Assembly: GCA_963674555.1 (NCBI GenBank) | Contig: OY771429.1 | Coordinates: 1,311,845-1,343,844 of the forward strand | Length of the DNA: 32,000 nt | Origin: an uncultured Anaerofustis sp. | GTDB taxonomy: Bacteria > Bacillota > Clostridia > Eubacteriales > Anaerofustaceae | Reading direction: 5' to 3' | In this document: positions 27,304 to 32,000 of the stretch, in pieces | Position numbering within the stretch: position 1 is the first letter of the stretch | Layout: every line of letters begins with the position of its first letter | Notes under the pieces: model-generated | What the model was told of the DNA's origin: nothing | Seen by the model: the letters and a program-made list of their open reading frames with translations, nothing else | Database searches by the model: none | Made by a program: the position numbers and the translations under genes

Positions 27304-28083
27304 TTATTTTTCGTTTAAAAATTGCTCAAGGATATCCCTGTTATTTTGCTTAATTTCAGATGCTTGTACTATCCCGCTTTTAGCTATATGTTTCATTACG
27401 ATTTTTTTTATCAGTTCAATAAATTCGCTTGATGCACCTGGTGAACAGATTATTTTTTTAATGAAAAGGAGATTTTTAAGTAAGGTACGATGCATGTTTT
27501 TTGTAAGAATAGGATGATGGTACATGACAATTCTGAACTCATTTTCATTTATGAAATACTTACTTTTCCCGAATGCTTTCATATGAACAGAATTCATTTG
27601 ATTGCAATAATCATAATCTATTTTCCCATAAATATACTTTACACTTTCATACTCATTTTCATAGCACTTTGTTTCTAATGCGTTTAATAAATCCTCAACT
27701 GTAGTTAATAGTAAGATTCCTTCATCAAAATTCGTATAGTTTTTCCACATTAAATAGGATTCATTTTCATGTATAGTCCAGCAAGATGCATAATAACACT
27801 CAATAGTTTTTAAAATATTACTTTTTCTTGATTGTGCATATTCATAATTTACGTTAACTTCGGATGCTTTCAAGGAATCAATTATTTCTTTATATTGAGG
27901 AACTCCTTCAGCCTTATCTTCAAATTCTGATATTTTTTTAAAACATAATTCTGAAGTTTCTAGCATATTTAAAAACCCCGAAAAAGTAAAATAGCGACCA
28001 ATCACTAGCGACCTGAGTTCAAATGGAATTTCTCTGGTTAGAGTTGAAATATGTAGAGGTTTGTTCTGTTCCCAACAATTCAT
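27304..28083 (-). CDS. DUF2971-like protein of unknown function
   Basis: 259 aa. The motif pattern matches my recollection of DUF2971: RYFTFSGFLNMLETSELCFKKISEFEDKAEG, then SCWT...SYLMWKNY...EGILL, then YFINENEFRIV. Base composition is anomalous. An HMM search is needed to confirm. Confidence 0.5.
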   Translation of the reverse strand: MNCWEQNKPLHISTLTREIPFELRSLVIGRYFTFSGFLNMLETSELCFKKISEFEDKAEGVPQYKEIIDSLKASEVNVNYEYAQSRKSNILKTIECYYASCWTIHENESYLMWKNYTNFDEGILLLTTVEDLLNALETKCYENEYESVKYIYGKIDYDYCNQMNSVHMKAFGKSKYFINENEFRIVMYHHPILTKNMHRTLLKNLLFIKKIICSPGASSEFIELIKKIVMKHIAKSGIVQASEIKQNNRDILEQFLNEK

Positions 28084-28198
28084 CTTAATTCATAAATCTC
28101 CTTAACATATTTAGTATATTTATCGCCATAAAAAACAGATGATTTTCTGCTTTGTTATTGAATGAAAGTACTTTTGAAAAAGTCTTGATTTACTTTAA

Positions 28199-28227
28199 AT
28201 TATACGTTTAAGACCGTGAACTGTCAA
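28199..28227 (-). promoter_or_regulatory. Perfect consensus sigma-A promoter for the DUF2971-like gene
   Basis: The minus strand reads TTGACA (28227-28222), a 17-nt spacer, then TATAAT (28204-28199). This implies a leader of about 105-110 nt. Confidence 0.75.
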
Positions 28228-28301
28228 TTGAAAATCGGTTGGATGATCCAAAATTAGGCGCATCTAAATTTTAAATAAATCAAAAAATATTCATAAATCA
28301 A

Positions 28302-28330
28302 TGGAAAAGTCATCATAAAAATGCTATAAT
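28302..28330 (+). promoter_or_regulatory. Putative promoter of the mrp cluster
   Basis: Extended -10 TGCTATAAT (28322-28330). The -35 TGGAAA (28302-28307) is weak, at 17-nt spacing. Confidence 0.5.
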
Positions 28331-28359
28331 GATATCAATTAAAACAACCTGTTCCTCAA

Positions 28360-28887
28360 ATGATGCACACCTTCATCTGCTTGAAAGGAGCTGATTTTAT
28401 CAACAGACTGCTTTATTATTCACAACTCGTTTTATTTTTTTCTCTTTTTTGGATCGCTTTGTTTGAGCGGTTCACGCTTAGCGTGATCATATCTGCGCCT
28501 TTTGTTGGGATCATTTCACTGTATCTTTCCGAGAAGTTCTTACAAAAAAACAGTTTCTATGAGCAATACCCTTTTTGTTTTTTCCGTGCGCTTCAATACG
28601 GCGTTTTTTTGTTGTTTCAAATCATCAGATCCGCTTTTATGCTCATCCCTATTATTTTCTCCGGCAAGGCTGATCCGAAGATCATCGAGATATCCACATC
28701 GCTTAATTCCGATTTCTTGATCTCGGTACTTGCGAATTCCATCACGCTTACACCGGGGACGATTACCGTTGACGTACGCGGGCAAAAATTATGGGTGCTG
28801 TGGGTCGCACCAAAAACGCTGGATACGACCCTTGCGGGAGAAATGATCAAAGGAGCATTGGAAAAAAGATTGGAGAGAGGGCTATGA
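28360..28887 (+). CDS. mrpE: Monovalent cation/H+ antiporter subunit E (MrpE/MnhE; MbhA-like)
   Basis: The N-terminal hydrophobic region and the SITLTPGTITVDV...LWVLWV motif are typical of MnhE. The start is uncertain: the ATG at 28360 has no SD, while the good SD GAAAGGAG (28383-28390) is followed in frame only by ATC (28399). Confidence 0.75.
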   Translation: MMHTFICLKGADFINRLLYYSQLVLFFSLFWIALFERFTLSVIISAPFVGIISLYLSEKFLQKNSFYEQYPFCFFRALQYGVFLLFQIIRSAFMLIPIIFSGKADPKIIEISTSLNSDFLISVLANSITLTPGTITVDVRGQKLWVLWVAPKTLDTTLAGEMIKGALEKRLERGL

Positions 28888-29135
28888 ATTATATTTTATA
28901 CGCATTGGTCATATTGATAGCGATAAGTGTTCTGCGTATCTTGCTCGGTCCCGGTCTGTGGGATCGGTTGCTCGGTTTTAACTTAGTCACATCAAAACTC
29001 ATCATGCTTATCGTTCTTATAGCCTCTCTGCGCGGTGAAAGCTTTTTACTTGATATTGCATTGGTCTATGCACTTTTAAGCTTTTCGGGCGTGATCTTTT
29101 TCTCGGTATATTTACAAAGAAAGGGGCGTTATTAA
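28884..29135 (+). CDS. mrpF: Monovalent cation/H+ antiporter subunit F (MrpF/MnhF; MbhB-like)
   Basis: 83 aa, 3 TM, with the RILLGPGLWDRLLGFNL motif typical of MnhF. There is an ATGA overlap with the mrpE stop. Confidence 0.8.
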   Translation: MNYILYALVILIAISVLRILLGPGLWDRLLGFNLVTSKLIMLIVLIASLRGESFLLDIALVYALLSFSGVIFFSVYLQRKGRY

Positions 29136-29428
29136 TGTGGTATTTGATCGGATTGATCGTTATCGTTATCGGAATGATCTTCGTCAGCATCGGAACATTC
29201 GGTGTAAATCGATTTAAAAATTTTTACTACCGCGCGCTTGTAGCGGCGCAGATCGATACGGTCGGTTATTCGGTCTTGCTCTGCGGTGTGATGATACAAA
29301 ACGGGTTCTCTTTCTTTACGTTGAAAGTCTTGTTTATCCTTATCATTACGTTGATCATCAACCCGTTGGTAACGCATTCCGTTACGCGTTCGGCATTTTA
29401 CAGCGGATATAAGATAGGGAGGGAATAG
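29135..29428 (+). CDS. mrpG: Monovalent cation/H+ antiporter subunit G (MrpG/MnhG; MbhC-like)
   Basis: 97 aa, 3 TM, with the GTFGVNRFKNFYYR motif (MnhG-like G..G..R.PD.Y.R). There is a TAATG overlap with mrpF. Confidence 0.8.
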   Translation: MWYLIGLIVIVIGMIFVSIGTFGVNRFKNFYYRALVAAQIDTVGYSVLLCGVMIQNGFSFFTLKVLFILIITLIINPLVTHSVTRSAFYSGYKIGRE

Positions 29429-29430
29429 AT

Positions 29431-29973
29431 ATGCTCAAATTGATTTTAATACTCCTTGTCATCACAGCGATCTTTGCCGTACAGACGAGAAGATTACGAC
29501 GATCGATCGTCTTTCTCGGCGTATTTTCGCTGAGTATCTCATTTGCGTATATGCTCTATCAAGCACCGGATGTCGCGGTTGCGGAAGCCGTGATCGGTTG
29601 TACGATATCCGTTATTCTTTTCGTTGTCGCATTACAACAATATAAGCTCTTTACGATCTATTATGTGCGCGATCATGAACGTTTGGGCGTAAGTTCGTTT
29701 TTGCCTGTTGACCAAAGCAGACTGATAAGAGTGCTTGAGAAATTTTGCGCTAAGCAAGAGCTTGAACCGCAGATCATATATTCGGATGAAATGCTCAAAG
29801 ATATCATCAACACACATCCGTACGCCTTGATCATCGAAGAACGAAAGAACGAGCTTATGATCTACGGTCATCCTGAAAATTATAAACTTGACGCGTTAGA
29901 AACCTTTTTGCAAGAAGATTCACAGTTTGATCACCCCTATCGTATCGTTAAAGTAGAGGAGATGATCTTATGA
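29431..29973 (+). CDS. DUF4040 (MrpA C-terminal / MbhD-like) membrane subunit fused to a ~105-aa soluble C-terminal domain
   Basis: Residues 1-70 form three TM helices with the QAPDVAVAEAVIG motif characteristic of DUF4040. Residues ~72-180 have no hydrophobic segment and I recognise no motif. Confidence 0.7.
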   Translation: MLKLILILLVITAIFAVQTRRLRRSIVFLGVFSLSISFAYMLYQAPDVAVAEAVIGCTISVILFVVALQQYKLFTIYYVRDHERLGVSSFLPVDQSRLIRVLEKFCAKQELEPQIIYSDEMLKDIINTHPYALIIEERKNELMIYGHPENYKLDALETFLQEDSQFDHPYRIVKVEEMIL

Positions 29974-30239
29974 GGCGCGCGATCATAGCAATCTTCGTAT
30001 TGATCATCTGTGTGGTTTTTTTGATCGGTGCGAATGATATCGAACCTGTTTCGGTCGGCCCGATGGCATCATATTATGTCGCAAATGCTTATCAAGAAAC
30101 GGGTGCGGAAAACGCGATAACATCGATCTATTTATATTACCGTTATTACGACACGATGTTTGAGACGATGATGTTACTGCTCAGTATCATCGGCGTGATC
30201 TATATGTCTGTGCATAAAGGAGAAGAATACGATGGATGA
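29970..30239 (+). CDS. MnhB-domain small subunit (split MrpA C-terminus; MbhE-like)
   Basis: 89 aa. GAENAITSIYLYYRYYDTMFETMMLL matches the N.VTAIL.DYRG.DTLGE motif of the MnhB-related domain. The SD GAGGAG is upstream. Confidence 0.7.
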   Translation: MRRAIIAIFVLIICVVFLIGANDIEPVSVGPMASYYVANAYQETGAENAITSIYLYYRYYDTMFETMMLLLSIIGVIYMSVHKGEEYDG

Positions 30240-30618
30240 ACGTTCAAAATTGCTTTCAAACGCATTGGGCTTCATGTTCCCGTTGATCATCATCTTCGGT
30301 GTCTATATGATATTAAACGGTCATGTTTCACCGGGGGGAGGATTTCAGGGCGGAACGATATTAGCGTCCGTGTTTATTTGCAGATATCTTATCGACTCTG
30401 CGGACAGCATTTCACTTAAAAAGATACAAGCCGCGGAAAAGACTGCATTGTTTTTTATCATTTTCTTGGCAGTCGGGTATGTGGGCATTTTCTTAAACGC
30501 TCGCATGGATCCCATGCATGTTTACTATTTTTATGTCATGAACTGTTTGATCGGGTTGGAAGTCGCTTGCGGCATGACGATCTTGTTTTACAGGTTCGTA
30601 TTGTATGAATCGAGGTGA
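30232..30618 (+). CDS. mrpB: Monovalent cation/H+ antiporter subunit B (MrpB/MnhB; MbhF-like)
   Basis: The GHVSPGGGFQGG motif parallels GHNNPGGGFIGG of B. subtilis MrpB. 4 TM. Confidence 0.8.
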   Translation: MDERSKLLSNALGFMFPLIIIFGVYMILNGHVSPGGGFQGGTILASVFICRYLIDSADSISLKKIQAAEKTALFFIIFLAVGYVGIFLNARMDPMHVYYFYVMNCLIGLEVACGMTILFYRFVLYESR

Positions 30619-30624
30619 GGTGTA

Positions 30625-30996
30625 GTGTTGTACAAAATATACGACGCGATCAACGCGGAAAATATCAGCATCATATTATTTTTTATCGGCGTTTACGGCT
30701 TATGCGCGCGTCGAAATATCTTAAAATCGATCATTAGCCTCAGCCTCATGCAAGCGGCGATCATACTGTTTTTTGTATCTATAAATCATTCAACAGATAC
30801 GACAGTACCGATCGGTTCGGAGCTTGCGTCGATGCCCGCAGTCGCAGACCCGCTTCCTCAGGCGCTTATGATAACGGCTGTGGTGGTCGGTGTTTCCGTT
30901 ACTGCGCTCAGCCTTACCATGTTTATCACGCTGTATCACAAATACGGGACGACGAACTGGGGTAAAGTACACAAAAAGAGAGAGGAGATACATTAA
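30625..30996 (+). CDS. mrpC: Monovalent cation/H+ antiporter subunit C (MrpC/MnhC, NuoK-like; MbhG-like)
   Basis: GTG start. The FIGVYGLCARRNILKSIISLSLMQAAIILFFV pattern is typical of NuoK/MnhC. Confidence 0.8.
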   Translation: MLYKIYDAINAENISIILFFIGVYGLCARRNILKSIISLSLMQAAIILFFVSINHSTDTTVPIGSELASMPAVADPLPQALMITAVVVGVSVTALSLTMFITLYHKYGTTNWGKVHKKREEIH

Positions 30997-32000
30997 TGCC
31001 TCGCTTATTGCTGCTTGTAATGCTGCCGATCCTTTGCGGATTGATCCTTTATATTGTACAAACGCGTTTGACAAAGGCCTTTACGATCACCGTACAGATC
31101 TATTTGTTGCTCATCAGCATTGTTTTTGCTTTTCAATTAAATGGCGGGATGATCGATGAAGCATTGATATCTTCTCCGCTTCCGTACGGTATGATACTGC
31201 GGTTGGATATGCTTTCAGCGGTAATGGTCATATTAAACAATTTTCTTTTTATGGCAATGGTCGTTTTCAGCATGCGAAGAAGTTATATGAATCGTTTGTT
31301 TACTTTTTTATTTTTAAGTTTACAGGGGCTTATAAATGCGGTGTTTTTATCGGCTGATATCTTTAACGTGTATATCGTTCTTGAAGTTGCTACTGTCGCG
31401 GTAAGTGTGTTGATCATGTTTAAAAAAGACAGCCAATCGATGTATGACGGGATGGTCTATTTGCTCGTTAATATGGTCGCTATGGCATTCTTTTTGTTCG
31501 GTATCGGCTATTTGTATAAACAATTCGGTGTTTTGGATTTCGACAGTATCAAAGCGCAGATCGATCTTCTTGGTGGCGGAAAATCGTTGTATTTGCCGTT
31601 CTCGTTGCTACTCACGGGTGTCGGCTTGAAAGCGGCGCTTATGCCGCTGTTCAGTTGGCTACCGAAAGCGCATGGCACACCGAGCGCGCCTTCAGCGGTA
31701 TCCGCTATCCTCTCAGGTATTTTTGTTAAGATCGGTATCTATTTGATCGTACGCATGCAATTTATTTTTCAAAACGCGATCAATGTCGATTCACTGCTTT
31801 TGGTCATGGGTTTCCTTACGGCGATCTTAGGGTTTGTTTTTGCCATATCGCAAAATGACATCAAATTGATCCTTGCCTATCACACAGTTTCCCAGATCGG
31901 ATTGATCTTAATAGGGGTCAGCGGAGCGTTGGATTTCAATCGCCTGGGTGGTATCTATCACCTATTGGCACACGGGTTGTTCAAGGCCGCGTTATTTTTG
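30996..32000 (+). CDS. mrpD: MrpD/MrpA-like (NuoL/M/N family, MbhH-like) proton-translocating subunit; 3' end outside window
   Basis: This ORF is not in the ORF track because it has no stop in the window. The ATG at 30996 overlaps the mrpC stop (TAATG). I translated the frame by hand to 31649 and verified it again at 31641-31740; I did not translate the last ~260 nt, where no stop was apparent. It contains WLPKAHGTPSAPSAVSAILSGIFVKIGIY, the hallmark antiporter-like subunit motif. Confidence 0.85.
   Translation, partial: MPRLLLLVMLPILCGLILYIVQTRLTKAFTITVQIYLLLISIVFAFQLNGGMIDEALISSPLPYGMILRLDMLSAVMVILNNFLFMAMVVFSMRRSYMNRLFTFLFLSLQGLINAVFLSADIFNVYIVLEVATVAVSVLIMFKKDSQSMYDGMVYLLVNMVAMAFFLFGIGYLYKQFGVLDFDSIKAQIDLLGGGKSLYLPFSLLLTGVGLKAALMPLFSWLPKAHGTPSAPSAVSAILSGIFVKIGIYLIVRMQFIFQNAINVDSLLLVMGFLTAILGFVFAISQNDIKLILAYHTVSQIGLILIGVSGALDFNRLGGIYHLLAHGLFKAALFL

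Larger units (their letters stand above)
27288..28244. other. AT-rich, GATC-free islet (probable horizontally acquired insert)
   Basis: There is no GATC between 27288 and 28244, although GATC occurs roughly every 40-120 nt in the flanking genes. Three hand-counted 60-nt lines gave about 23-28% GC. No integrase or clear flanking repeats. Confidence 0.6.

Noticed and set aside
25763-28083. DUF2971-like gene plus the downstream 5'-nucleotidase as a two-gene nucleotide-targeting system. They are 71 bp apart with no terminator between them.
   Set aside because: The nucleotidase has host-like composition (GATC-rich, higher GC) and its own SD, so it looks native. Co-transcription by read-through is possible, but a functional link is unsupported.
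27270-28250. Possible target-site duplication or att-like repeats flanking the AT-rich islet (AAAATC...GATCCA on both sides).
   Set aside because: Only a 6-nt GATCCA and a loose AAAATC are shared, which is within chance expectation. There is no integrase or inverted terminal repeats, so I do not call a mobile element.
12912-28884. N-terminally extended starts given by the ORF track: 12912, 14847, 18212, 19482, 23363, 27280, 28791 and 11872.
   Set aside because: In each case an internal Met has a properly spaced Shine-Dalgarno and the family-typical N-terminus. The extension either overlaps the SD or promoter or adds non-homologous residues.
1-32000. Searched by eye for CRISPR-like regular repeats, tRNA/rRNA genes, riboswitch or T-box leaders, reverse transcriptase, integrase and toxin-antitoxin pairs.
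   Set aside because: I found none. Intergenic regions are short (mostly under 340 nt) and are explained by promoters and terminators. A covariance-model scan (Infernal/tRNAscan) would be needed to exclude small ncRNAs.

Overview
Densely coding chromosomal segment of a low-GC Gram-positive (Bacillota-like) bacterium. I call about 36 CDS and saw no rRNA, tRNA, CRISPR array, integrase or transposase. Left to right: the 3' part of a fused trehalose-6-P synthase/phosphatase; a marR-MATE efflux pair; the divergent acsA / acuABC acetyl-CoA synthetase acetylation switch; an ABC exporter; a tandem-DUF1566 lipoprotein; a CaCA antiporter; flavodoxin-like and VOC enzymes. Next comes a cluster of an uncharacterised polytopic membrane protein, a SnoaL-like protein, an SDR and a CrtI/RetSat-like flavoenzyme, then an AKR-[4Fe-4S] reductase. 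A larC-larE-larB nickel-pincer cofactor operon follows; it has no larA and runs without a visible terminator into a D-2-hydroxyacid dehydrogenase and a polar amino-acid ABC importer. The window ends with a cytoplasmic 5'-nucleotidase, a ~0.95 kb AT-rich islet holding one DUF2971-like gene behind a perfect consensus promoter, and the start of an Mrp antiporter cluster in Mbh/archaeal gene order (E-F-G-DUF4040-MnhB-like-B-C-D), cut by the window end. The items most worth a second look are the orphan lar operon, the GATC-free islet, strong window-wide GATC over-representation, and a DUF4040 subunit fused to an unrecognised soluble domain. All calls rest on reading the translations and sequence by eye; no database search was possible.
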